Of a stretch of 64,000 bases of DNA, positions 21,206-32,104 are shown in pieces. The stretch lies in assembly GCF_964194155.1 (NCBI RefSeq), contig NC_135901.1, forward strand, positions 24,614,001-24,678,000. The letters are read 5' to 3'. The translations under genes were made by a program, and so were the position numbers. Position 1 is the stretch's first letter. The number at the start of each line of letters is the position of its first letter. Source of the DNA: Cetorhinus maximus. Taxonomy: Eukaryota. The notes under the pieces are model-generated. The model searched no databases. It had not been told where the DNA came from and saw only the letters and a program-made list of their open reading frames with translations.

Positions 21206-22717
21206 TCAGCCCTGGACGTGATTCTCAGCAGCAAAAACGAGAAAATCCAATGTTGCCGGTGACCTGTGAACTCGCTGGTGTCTCAGCAGGTGGTGTGAAC
21301 AAGTAAATCCCTTCCCACACTCAGAGCAGGTGTACGGCCTCTCCCCAGTGTGAATTCGCTGGTGCAAAGTGAGTTGAGATGATTTCCTGAACCCAGTCCT
21401 GCAGTGAGAGCACCTGAACGGTCTCTTCTCAGTGTGAACACGTTGATGGTACATCAGTTCTCCGGAAGTTTTATAGCACTTCCCGCAGTCCGAGCATTTA
21501 AAAGGTCTCTCCTCAGTGTGAACTCGCTGGTGTCTCAACAGGTTGGCTAACCGGCTGAATACCTTCCCACACTCAGAGCAGAGAAACGGTCTCTCCCTAG
21601 TGTGAACTCGTTGGTGTATCCACAAGTTGGCTGACTGAGTGAATCCTTTCCCACACTCGGAGCAGGTGAATGGTCTCTCCCCAGTGTGAACCCGCTGGTG
21701 TGTCAGCAGGTGGGACGAGCGAGTAAATGTCTTCCCACACTCAGAGCAGGTGAACGGTCTCTCCCCGGTGTGAATTCGCTGGTGTTTCACCAGATCAGAT
21801 GAATGAGCAAATCTCTTCCCACAGTCGGAGCAGAGGAACGGCTTCTCCCCAGTGTGAGTGCGCTGGTGCTCCACCAGATTAGATGACCGATTGAATCTCT
21901 TCCCACACTCAGTGCAGAAGAACGGCCTCTCCCCAGTGTGAATGCGCTGGTGTATCAGCAGGTCATTGCTTCTTTTAAAGGTCTTCTCACATTCAGAACA
22001 TTTAAAAGTTCTCTTATCAGAGTGAACGTGTTTGTGTTCAGTGTCTTGGGAGGATTCAGAAACTCTCTTGTCACACACGGAATAGGTGGACGACCTCTCC
22101 CCAGTGTGAACACCCTCGTGCTTCAGAAGTTGAACTGAACGGGTGAAGCTCTTCCCACACACGGAGCAAGTGAATGGCCTCTCGCTGGTGTGAGTGCGTT
22201 GGTGTCTCAGCAGTTCTCTGCATCTTTTAAAGGTCTTTTCACATTCTGAGCATTTAAAAGGTCTCTTTTCTGAGTGAACCAATTGGTGCTCAGTGTAATG
22301 GGAGGACTGAGCGAATCTCTTCCCACACTGGGGGCAGCTAAATGGCCTGTCCTTGGTGTGAACTCGCTGGTGCTCAGTGAGATGCACTGACTCACTGAAC
22401 GACTCCCCACAGTGAGAGCAACTGAACGGTCTCTCGTGTGTGTGAAGGAGCTGGTGCTCCGCGAGGCGGGAGGACAGCCTAAACCTCTTCCCGCAGTGGG
22501 AGCAACTGAATGGTCTCTCATCAGTGTGAACTTGGTGGTGTTGGACCAGTTCCTCAGAGGTTTCAAAGCTTTCCCCAGTGTTAGGGCACTGAAGAGGTTT
22601 CTCATCAAAGTGATCGAGCTGGTGTGCCAGCAGGTTGGATGAACACATGAATTTCTTCCCACACACGGAGCAGGTGAACGGACTCTCACTATTGCGAGTT
22701 TGCTGACGTGTCAGCAT
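21206..22717 (-). CDS. C2H2 zinc-finger protein, 17 finger units (15 canonical), no KRAB/SCAN visible
   Basis: Uninterrupted ORF from ATG 22717 (~503 aa). Acceptor ATTTTACAG at ~22906. The family stop TGA is changed to TCA, giving a short C-terminal extension. Confidence 0.88.
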   Translation of the reverse strand: MLTRQQTRNSESPFTCSVCGKKFMCSSNLLAHQLDHFDEKPLQCPNTGESFETSEELVQHHQVHTDERPFSCSHCGKRFRLSSRLAEHQLLHTHERPFSCSHCGESFSESVHLTEHQRVHTKDRPFSCPQCGKRFAQSSHYTEHQLVHSEKRPFKCSECEKTFKRCRELLRHQRTHTSERPFTCSVCGKSFTRSVQLLKHEGVHTGERSSTYSVCDKRVSESSQDTEHKHVHSDKRTFKCSECEKTFKRSNDLLIHQRIHTGERPFFCTECGKRFNRSSNLVEHQRTHTGEKPFLCSDCGKRFAHSSDLVKHQRIHTGERPFTCSECGKTFTRSSHLLTHQRVHTGERPFTCSECGKGFTQSANLWIHQRVHTRERPFLCSECGKVFSRLANLLRHQRVHTEERPFKCSDCGKCYKTSGELMYHQRVHTEKRPFRCSHCRTGFRKSSQLTLHQRIHTGERPYTCSECGKGFTCSHHLLRHQRVHRSPATLDFLVFAAENHVQG

Positions 22718-23429
22718 GTTTACCAGCTTTTTAATTCCTTCCAACAGGAGGAGCAGGTGAACAGCCTCTCACTAGTTTCCAGCTGAGACGGTCAATTAAA
22801 TCCCTTCAGATGTACAAATCTTCAGATCCCAATGAACCGACTGACTCTGTCAGGCGTGAGGTTTGGTTTGATTTTCCTGACCGTTAAATATCCTCTTCCA
22901 TTACCCTGTAAAATAAGTTTACAAAGAATTACATGGAATATACATTATACAAACAGGCCATTCAGTCTATCTAGTCTGTACTGGAGTTTCTACTCCACAC
23001 GAGTCTCCACCTATTCTGCTGACCTCAGCTCAGTCTTTCAGCACATCTTTCTAATACCTTTTCTCTCATGTTCTCATCTAGTTTCTTTTTGAAAGAGTCT
23101 CAGGTATTTCTCTCAACCACTTCCTGCAGTCGTGATTTCCACATTCTAATTACTGCCTGAGGAAAGATATATCTCCAGTTTTCCTGTTGGATTTATTTGT
23201 AACTATTGTGTAAACACGGCCCCCAGTATTGGGCAGACCAACAAGTGAAAACATTCTGTCCACATCGACATGCCCATCCTAATGAGGATTTTAAAGACCT
23301 ATACCAGAAGAGACAAATATTTCTCTTGGTTTGAGTTTGCCGTGTGTAAATCCTCCCCTTCTATCCCCCTCTAAAAGGAGTTTCCAAAGTCCATCCCTAT
23401 CAGTCCAGGATAGAAATGCACAACATTCT

Positions 23430-23900
23430 GTCCTCCTGCTGACAGGGACAGGGATGACCGCGCATGCGCCCTGCTGCACACTGTCCCTGTAAAGATGGCG
23501 GCTGCGCATGCGCTCTGCTGCACTTTGGATCCTGGAACGATGGGGCCGCTAACTCCGGCTTCTGACTGAGAACCGCGGCCCACAGCCGCCCTCCCGTCCG
23601 TTTGCTGCAACCACGGGACCATTAGCTCCTTATTCGGGCGTTGAAGCCTCTGGTGAATGTTTATAAAGCCTCGCTGCCCACTCTGCCGCCTCCAATCCTC
23701 AGCATCTACCGGCTCCGAACTTACTCGCCTGCACTCGGCTCCTACGACCAATTCCTCGTGTAGCCGCTACTGCGCATGCTCTGCAAACCGCCACAAGGCG
23801 CATGCTCGAGTCATACCTGGTAATGCGCATGCGTAAGGTCTTCCTGCAGCGAGGATAGAGCACATTCTGCCCCGCCGCGAATGTTGGGTAAGCCCTCGGC
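23430..23900 (-). promoter_or_regulatory. CpG island / promoter and first exon of the 17-finger gene
   Basis: NRF1 GCGCATGCGC at 23460 and 23504, plus three near-sites at 23771-23833. YY1 AAGATGGCGGC at 23492-23502. Confidence 0.75.
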
Positions 23901-24159
23901 CATTGAAAGACGATATTGTTGAATCGAAAATTATGTTTCGTGACCAGTCATTGGGTCAAGATATAAAATTATCACATCAATTGATACAGCAACCAAAGTG
24001 TATGGGCCCTCCACCATAGTTCTATCCTGAGTGTGTAATTAATAGAAATCAATACCTCAACAGTTAGATGCAAACTCACTGGAGACTCAGTACGTGGGAT
24101 AAGCAAGCAATTTCATTTTTTCCAACCCACAAAGAAAAAGGGTGGTACTGGCAAATGTA

Positions 24160-24592
24160 GAGCCCTCTGGTTAACCAGAAGCATTTCGGCCAAGATAAAG
24201 CAGAAAAGGGAAGCTTATGACAATCACAAAAGACTTAATACTGTAAAACCTAGAGGAGAGCAGAAAGTACAGGGTGAAGTAAAAATGGGAATTAGGAAAG
24301 CAAAGAGAGGATACAAAAAACATTGTTAGGTAAAATCAAAGAAAATGCTAAGATCTTTTACCAGTACATTAAGAGCAAGTGAATAACTAAGGAGAAAGTA
24401 GGGCCTATCAGAGGTGTACATGGCAACTTGTGCGTTGATGCAGAAGTTGGGGGCAGGGTTCTCAATAAGCACTTTGTCTCTGTCTTCACTGAGGAGCAGG
24501 ATGATGCAGACATTCGAGTGAAAGAGGAAGAGTGTGAAATATTAAATACAATAAGCATTGTGAGACAGGAAGTACTGGAGGGACTTGCATCC
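24160..24592 (+). mobile_element. CR1 ORF2 linker fragment
   Basis: KENAKIFYQYIKSK and VLNKHFVSVFTEE. Confidence 0.7.
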
Positions 24593-24825
24593 TTTTTTTA
24601 TCATTCATTCATGGGATCTGGGCGTCGCTGGCTAGGTTAGCATTTATTGCCCAACCCTAATTGCTCTTGTTCAGAGGGCACTTAAGAGTCAACCACATTG
24701 CTGTGGGTCTGGAGTCACAAGTAGGCCAGATCTGGTAAGGATGGCAGATTTCCATCCCTAAAGGGCATTAGGGAACCAGATCGGTTTTTATGACAATTGG
24801 CAATGGTTTCATGGTAGTCACTGTA
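24593..24825 (-). mobile_element. SacSINE1/Deu-type SINE 3' part
   Basis: Reverse of GTGACTCCAGACCCACAGCAATGTGGTTGACTCTTAA and tail GGGCAATAAATGC. Confidence 0.75.
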
Positions 24826-25304
24826 CTCATGGAGATTGACTTTAAAGAACTTCAAACCCTCTGGATTTCAGTGTTACAACAAAAATGTTTTAATTAAAAA
24901 TATATATATATATGAATCCTGGAAAACTAAATGAACAAAAAGAACAATACACAGCAGCTCAATCATTTCAAAATGATAAATGAATGGTCGCTGTTTTAGG
25001 TGGAACTCCTTCGGAATGAACACTTCCCACCAGCAGCACCAACCCACCCCCTCCCCCTCCCTGTTCACTGAACATTCCTTCACCCACTCATCCACCCATT
25101 GCACATCCACCCAATGGTTCCCAACCCGGATTGACATTCAGCACGAACCCAGTGAGAGGGTGAGCTGGCCCTCGGGATGTCAGAATGGACAAGAGCTGGT
25201 TCCAATCAATAAATTTTCTGTGTCATTATTTAAAAAGGGAATTAATATTTTGTCATACGCCCCTGTGCACCCTTGGTGAATTACAATTTTTGGCCCAGAC
25301 CCTA

Positions 25305-25860
25305 ACTATTGCTTCTACATGGTGCATTCTGCGTGATTTCAGCAGAGGGAGAGACAGGCTGCTCACATCCCTGCTCCCATTGCCAAGAGTCTTGTGTTCT
25401 CCACCCTCTGGGTTTGAGCACCCCTGAGGGTCCTGGCAACGACTGATCCACCTTTATTTGTGTGGGAGAAAACTCACCTGGTGGGAGACGGGGCAGCATG
25501 ACAAGGGAGATGGGGGCTGGGTGGGGCAATGGGTGAGAAGTGGGAGCGCTTTGATCCAAGTTCCCACTTCCATGTCTCCTTTCTCCATCATCCCTCTCCT
25601 GGACCAGCGTCACATCATTCCTCCCACTCTGCTGCAGACCAGCTTGGTGGAGATCAGTGACGTGTTGTAAGGTCACAGATACAGTGTCTGTCATCCTGTT
25701 TAAGGCAGCAGACATCTCCTACATGGCCGTGGTCATGAACTGCATGGACCCATTTCAGAGCCGTGTTTGAAGGTCCATGGAGGCAGCCACTCTCTCCATG
25801 ACAGATAGTCTCTGGAACCTCCTCCAGCCCTATGACCTTCCGAGCTTCCTGCACTCCTCC
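25305..25860 (-). mobile_element. Harbinger-associated ORF2-like remnant
   Basis: LQQSGRNDVTLVQERDDGERRH is shared with 3980-4145, which lies next to the Harbinger transposase. Confidence 0.5.
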
Positions 25861-25864
25861 AAGT

Positions 25865-26240
25865 AGGGGGCAAGGTGGTGTAGTTTTAATTTTACTGAAC
25901 CAGTAATCCAGATCCCCAGGCTAATGCTCTGGGGACATGGGTTCAAATCCTGACAGCTGGCGGATTTTAAGTTCAATTAATAGATCTGGAATGTAAAGCT
26001 AGTCTCAATAATGGTGGCCATGATCCTATTCTTGTTGTAAAAACGCATCTGGAAAGGAAATAGGAAGGATAGGGAAGGAAATCTGCCATCCTTACCCAAT
26101 CTGGCCTACATGTGACTCCAGATCCACGGCAATGTAGTTGACACTAGTGCCCAGCAAGCCACTCACTTCAAGGGCAATTAGGGATGGGTAACAAGTACTC
26201 GCCTTTCCAGTGACCCCCCCACATCCCATGAAAGAATGAA
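25865..26240 (+). mobile_element. tRNA-derived SINE (SacSINE1/Deu-type)
   Basis: A-box GGTGGTGTAGT, B-box GGTTCAAATCC, central GTGACTCCAGA, tail CAAGGGCAATTAGGGATGGG. Confidence 0.8.
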
Positions 26241-26594
26241 ACTAAAATTCTAACCCTTTCAGCTTCCCCCACCCACATCACTCCACCATTGGGAAAGGCG
26301 CTTTCGCCTGCTGAGGTCCTAAGGGCTGGAATTCCCTCACTAAACCTGTCTCCTTCTTACCTTTTCGATCCAGCTTTTGATCCTCTGTGAAGGGTCTCGG
26401 GACATTTTAATCTGTTCAAGGGTAAATCCAAGGCATTGTTGTCACTGCCTTACATTGGGAGACTCCAGAATGTCACATAAACACTCGGAAACTTTCAGAC
26501 TGGAAACTTCACTTTCAGTCAGGAACAGATCACAGTTTTACACACATCTCTGAATGGACAGCATGTTTTCTGAAATATCACCATCTAATAATCT

Positions 26595-28885
26595 TTTTTT
26601 AAATTCATTCCTGGGATGTGGGCTTCACTGGCTGGGCCAGCATTTATTGCCCATCCCTAGTTGCCCTTCAGAAGGTGGTGGTGAGCTGCCTTCTTAAACC
26701 ACTGCAGTCCATGTGGTGGAGGTACACCCACAGTGCTGTTTGGGAGAGAGTTCCAGGATTTTGACCCAGCGACAGTGAAGGAACAGCCAATATATTTCCA
26801 AGTCAGGATGGTGAGTGGCTTGGAGGGGAACTTCCAGGCAGCGGTGTTCCCATCTATCTGCTGTCCTTGTCCTTCCAGATGGTAGTGGTCGTGGGTTGGG
26901 AGGTGCTGTTCAAGGAACCTTGGTGTATTCCTGCAATGCATCTTGTAGATGGGACACACTACTGCCACTCTGTGTCTGTGGTGGAGTGAGTGAATATTTA
27001 TGAATGTGGTGCTAATCAAGCAGGCTGCTTTGTCCTGGACGGTGTCAAGTTTCTTGGGTGTTGGGGAGCTGCACTCATCCAGGCAAATGGGGAGTATTCC
27101 ATCACACTCCTGACTTGTGCCTTGTAGATGGTGGACAGACTTTGGAGATTCAGGAGGTGGTTACTTGTTGCATGATTCCTAGCCTCTGACCTGCTCTTGT
27201 AGCCACAGTATTTATATGGCTAGTCCAGTTCAGTTTCTGATCAATGATAACCCCCATGATGTTGATAGTGGGGGATTCAGTTAAGGTAATGCCATTGAAC
27301 ATCAAGGGGCAATGGTTGGATTCTCTCTTGTTGGAGATGGTCATTGCCTGACACTTGGGTGGCATGAATGTTACTTGCCACTTGTCAGCCCAAGCCTGGA
27401 TATTGTCCAGGTCTTGCTGCATTTGGACATGGACTGCTTCAGTATCTGAGGAGTCGCGAATGGTGATGAACATCGTGCAATCATCCCCACTTCTGACGTT
27501 ATGATGGAACAAAGGTCGTTGATGAAGCAGCTGAAGGTGGTTGGACCTTGGACACTATCCTGAGGAACTCCGGCAGTGATGTCCTGGAGCTGAGATGACT
27601 GACCTCCAACAACCACAACCTTCTTCCTTTGTGCTAGGTATGACTCCGACCAGTGGAGAGTTTTCCCCCTGATTCCCATTGACTCCAGGTTTGCTAGGGC
27701 TCCTTGATGCCACACTCTGGCAAGTGCGGCCTTGATGTCAAGGGCCTTTCACCTCACCTCTGGAGTTCAGCTCCTTTGTCCATGTTTGAACCAAGGCTGT
27801 AATGAGGTCAGGAGCTGAGTGGCCCTGGTGGAACCCAAACTGGGCATCAACGAGCAGGTTATTGCTAAGCAAGCGCCGCTTGATAGCACTGTTGATGACC
27901 CCTTCCATTTCTTTACTGATGATGGAGAGCAGACTGATGGGGCAGTAATTGGCCGGGTTGGATTTGCCTTGCTTTTTGTGTACAGGATATACCTGGGCAA
28001 TTTTCCACATAGCCGGGGTAGATGCTAGTGTTGTAGCTGTACTGGAACAGCTTGGCTAGCAGCGCGGCAAGTTCTGGAGCACAAGTCTTCAGTATTATTG
28101 CTGGAATATTGACGTGGCCCAAAGCCTTTGCAGTATCCAGTGCCTTTAGCCATTTCTTGATGTCACATGGAGTGAATCGAGTTCGCTGGAGATGGGCATC
28201 TGTGGTGCTGGGGACCTCCGGAAGAGGCCAAGATGGATCATCCACTTCTGGCTGAAGGTAACAGCAAATGTTTCAGCCTTATTTTATGCAGTGATACGTT
28301 GGGCTCCTCCATCATTGAGGATGGGGATATTTGTGGAGCCTCCTCCTCCAGTGAGTTGTTTAATTGTCCACCACCATTCATGGCTGGATATGGCAGGACG
28401 TCAGAGATTAGATCTGATCCATTGGTTGTGGTTTCACTTAGCTCTATCTATCACTTGCTGCTTATGCTGTTTGGCATGCAAATAGTCTTGTGTTATAGCT
28501 TCACCAGGTTGACACCTCATTTTAAGGTTTGCCTGGTGCTGCTCCTGGCATGCCCTCCTGCACTCTTCACTGAACCAGGGTTGATCCCCTGGCTTGATGG
28601 TAATGGTAGAGTGGAGGATATGCCAGGCCATGAGGTTACAGAGTGTGCTCAAGTACCATTCTGTTGATGGCCCACAGCACCTCATGGATGCCCAGTCTTG
28701 AGTTGCTAGGTCTGTTCGAAATCTATCCCATTTAGCACGGCGATAGTGCTACATGACATGATAGAGGGTATCCTCAATGTGAAGGCGAGACTTTGTCTCC
28801 ACAACAACTGTGCGGTGGTCACTCCGATCGATACTGTCATGGACAGATGCATCTGCGGCAGGCAGGTTGATGAGGTCAAGTATGT
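26595..28885 (-). mobile_element. CR1-group LINE ORF2 (EN end, RT, 3' tail)
   Basis: WKIAQVYPVHKK..NPANYCPISLLS, AGVPQDSVQGP, DDCTMF, KKAAHHHLLKGN. Confidence 0.9.
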
Positions 28886-29244
28886 CAAGGATCAGTAAAC
28901 CATTCTCAGCTGTTATGGGTCGTGTGTCTTTTCTGAATATTTAACTGATGTATCATATCTAAACTGTTGCCTCTTAATAAAATTCTGAAAAATCATCTAT
29001 GACTTCAACTCCCGTTTTGGGTAATCTGTAAATCTCAGACTAAAATCTTTGTTTCCAGCATTCATCGTTAATCTTACTGGCTCTAAACGCAGTTGTAAAG
29101 GAGCTTTCTTTTCTGTGTCTAGGATCTCTGAACCATGGAAGAGAGCAGCTGGGATACATTTCTTACACACGTCAGGATTAACCCACATGTTCAGTCCAGG
29201 ATGTGATTAACAGCAGAAAAAACAGCAGAATCCAAATCCTGCAG

Positions 29245-29919
29245 TCACTCATGAACTCGCTGGTGTCTCAGCAGATCATTGCTGCTTTTAAAGCTCTCCT
29301 CAGGGTCAGAACATTTAAAGGGTTTCATATCAGAGTGAATACGCTGGTGTTTCAGCAGGTTGTATGACTGAGTGAATCCCTTCCCACATGCAGAGCAGGT
29401 GAACGGCCTCTGCCCAGTGTGAATTCGCTGGTGTACAGTGAGTTCAGATGATCGCCTGAACCCAGTCCCGCAGTGAGAGCATCTGAACGGTCTCTCGTCT
29501 GTGTGAATACGTTGATGGCATGTCACTTCCCCAGAACTTTTAAAGCGTTTCCCACAGTCTGGACATTTAAAAGGTCTTTCATCAGTGTGAACTCTCTGGT
29601 GTTTCTGCAGGTTAGATGCAGCAGTAAATCCCTTCCCACAGATGGAGCAGGTGAATGACTTCTCCCCACTGTGAATGTGATGGTGTCTCAGCAGATACTT
29701 TTTGCTTTTAAATTTCTTCTCACAGTCAGAACATTCAAAAGGTCTCTGATCCGTGTGAACATACTGGTGTGTTAACAGGCTGGATGACTGAGTGAATCCC
29801 TTCCCACAAGTGGAGCAGGTAAATGGTCTCTCCCCAGTGTGAGTGCGGCGATGAATTTCCAGCTCAGAAGGGTAACTGAAACCCTTCCCACAGTCCCCAC
29901 ATTTCCACGGTTTCTCCAT
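29245..29919 (-). CDS. C2H2 zinc-finger protein, 224 aa, 8 units (last degenerate)
   Basis: Intact [17 protein letters not shown]...HQRVHE. Acceptor TTTTACAG at ~30279. Confidence 0.88.
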   Translation of the reverse strand: MEKPWKCGDCGKGFSYPSELEIHRRTHTGERPFTCSTCGKGFTQSSSLLTHQYVHTDQRPFECSDCEKKFKSKKYLLRHHHIHSGEKSFTCSICGKGFTAASNLQKHQRVHTDERPFKCPDCGKRFKSSGEVTCHQRIHTDERPFRCSHCGTGFRRSSELTVHQRIHTGQRPFTCSACGKGFTQSYNLLKHQRIHSDMKPFKCSDPEESFKSSNDLLRHQRVHE

Positions 29920-30699
29920 GGTGCGGGTGTCTTTGTATCTCTCCAGATTGGATGATCAGTTGAAGCCTCATCCACTGACAGAATACATGTGTGATTTCTC
30001 TCCACTGTGAATGGGCTAATGTTTTACAGATTGTTTAACTGGTTAAGACTCTTTCCACAGTCAGTTCATTGGAACACGCTCACTCGGGTTTGTTTGTCTC
30101 AGTGATTTTCCAGTCACACTAATGCTTGAAATCTTTTCCCACAGATAGAACAGACAAACATTTCTCCTTCTACATTCAAAGGTGGATAATATTCAGGTCC
30201 TGATGAAACAAGTGACTGTCAGATCTTGATGCGATGTTTGGTTTAAGCTTTTATTTGTAATCCTCCCTTTCTAATACCCTGTAAAAGGAGTTTACAAAAG
30301 TACCACTGTCAGTAAAGAACAGAAATTCAGAGCAGACAATTCTAGTTTCTACGCAGCATTTTTTCCTCTCTCCCAACACACCTGTCCCAAACACTCCCCC
30401 TCCTGGTCTCTGGGGTGCTGAAATACCACCAAATCTCTGTTCCCCTACAAGATGGCCATAAATACACTCAGCTCGCTGAAGCAGCCCCACCTTCATAAGA
30501 TCATAAGAAATAGGTGCAACAGAGGCCAGTTGGCCCATCGAGCCTGCTCAATAAGATCATGGCTGATCTGATTCTGGTCTTCACTCCACTTTTCTCCCTG
30601 CAGCCATAACCCATGGCTGCCTTGTGGGTCAAAAATCAGTGCAGCTAACTCAGCCTTGAATATGTGCAATAGGGAAATGAATTCCTTCTGACAATGCTG

Positions 30700-31137
30700 C
30701 ACAGACTGGTGGGTCCCTGAAGCCCCGCCCACTGCCTCTTCCCTCACTAAGATGGCTTCCTATGCGCCACGCTCCCGAAACAAGCCCCGCCTTCCCCTCC
30801 CAAGGTGGTGGCCTGGGTAACCCGGGCCGGTCACCGGGAGGAAGCCCCGCCCCCTTGATTCGCATCGAATCCCACTCGCAAGATGGCGGCCAATGAGCCC
30901 TCTTCAACCGGGCCTGTCACTGCGGGGTAAACACGGGGCCTGTGGCCTCTTATTCGGGTCCTCAGGCCTACCCCAGAAGTTGATCCAGTTCCCAATCCAG
31001 CCGCGGTTTCTATTCCTACCATGTGTTTACAATCTCCTCCCGAACCGTCCGCTCCTCCTCACACTGTCACCATGACTGACACTGAGCATGCTCAGAGCAC
31101 AGACCCACACTGCACCTGCGCACTGGACTCCTATAGT
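30700..31137 (-). promoter_or_regulatory. CpG-rich promoter / first exon (type B)
   Basis: YY1 CAAGATGGCGGC at ~30879, GC boxes, GAGCATGCTC, TGCGCA. Inverted homolog at 55980-56200. Confidence 0.7.
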
Positions 31138-31145
31138 CCTATAGT

Positions 31146-31929
31146 CACGGTCTCCTCTACATTGGAGAGACCAAACGCAAACTGGGCGACCGTTTTGCGG
31201 AACACCTGCGGTCTGTCCGCAAGAAAGACCCAAACCTCCCTGTCGCTTGCCATTTTAACACTCCACCCTGTTCTCTTGCCCACATGTCTGTCCTTGGCTT
31301 GCTGCATTGTTCCAGTGAAGCCCAACGCAAACTGGAGGAACAGCACCTCATCTTCCGACTAGGCACTTTACAGCCTTCCGGGCTGAATATTGAATTCAAC
31401 AACTTTAGATCTTAAACTCCCCATCCCCACCCCGTTTCTCCGCTCCCCCCCCCCCTTTTTTTTCAATAATTTATATAGATTCTTCTTTCCCCACCTATTT
31501 CCATTATTTTTAAATCTAAAACTAAAACCTTGTTAGTCTGTCCACCCCATCCCCACTAGAGCTGTACTTTGAGTATCCTGTCTTCCATTCTTAATTAGCG
31601 CTTTTCTTAGACAAATATCACCACCTTCAACACCTCTTTGATCCTTTTGTCTGTGACATTTTTGATTATCTGCTCCTATCACTGCTTGCTTATCTCCACA
31701 ATCACCACACCCTCAACTTCTCTCTTCCCCCCCCCCCCCACCTTAAACCAGTTTATATTTCTCCCTTCTCCTAACTATGCTTCAGTTCTGCCGAAGGGCC
31801 ATGAAGGCTCGAAACGTTAACTGATTTCTTCTCCGCCGATGCTGCCAGACCTGCTGAGTTTTTCCAGGTAATTCTGTTTTTGTTTTGGATTTCCAGCATC
31901 CGCAGTAGCTTTTAGCTTTTTGTTTTTAT
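31146..31929 (+). mobile_element. Penelope-like element, 5'-truncated (GIY-YIG C-terminus, hammerhead, tail)
   Basis: LLYIGETKRKLGDRFAEHLRS..PVACHFN...LGTLQPSGLNIEF. TSD CCTATAGT at 31138-31145 and 31930-31937. Confidence 0.88.
31782..31824 (+). ncRNA. Hammerhead-like ribozyme, variant core CUGCCGA
   Basis: TCAGTT-CTGCCGA-A-GGGCC-ATGAA-GGCTC-GAAA-CGTT-AACTGA: 6-bp stem I, 5-bp stem II, palindromic stem III. Confidence 0.7.
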
Positions 31930-32104
31930 CCTATAGTTATTGATAGGGGACTTTCTGCAGCGCGGGGTGTTGTGGGTACACTAACCACCATAGAGATGAG
32001 TGAGTAATCAAGAAATGTTTTTTCCCCCGGTTGGCAAAATAGAAGATCTACGGATGAGGAGCATACTGGACGTGAAGCATAATAATTGGGTGCTGACACA
32101 GTTT

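Noticed and set aside
25865-25955. tRNA genes at A/B-box motifs (also 33480, 40415, 56430)
   Set aside because: These are SINE heads followed by SINE body and LINE-like tail, with no cloverleaf.
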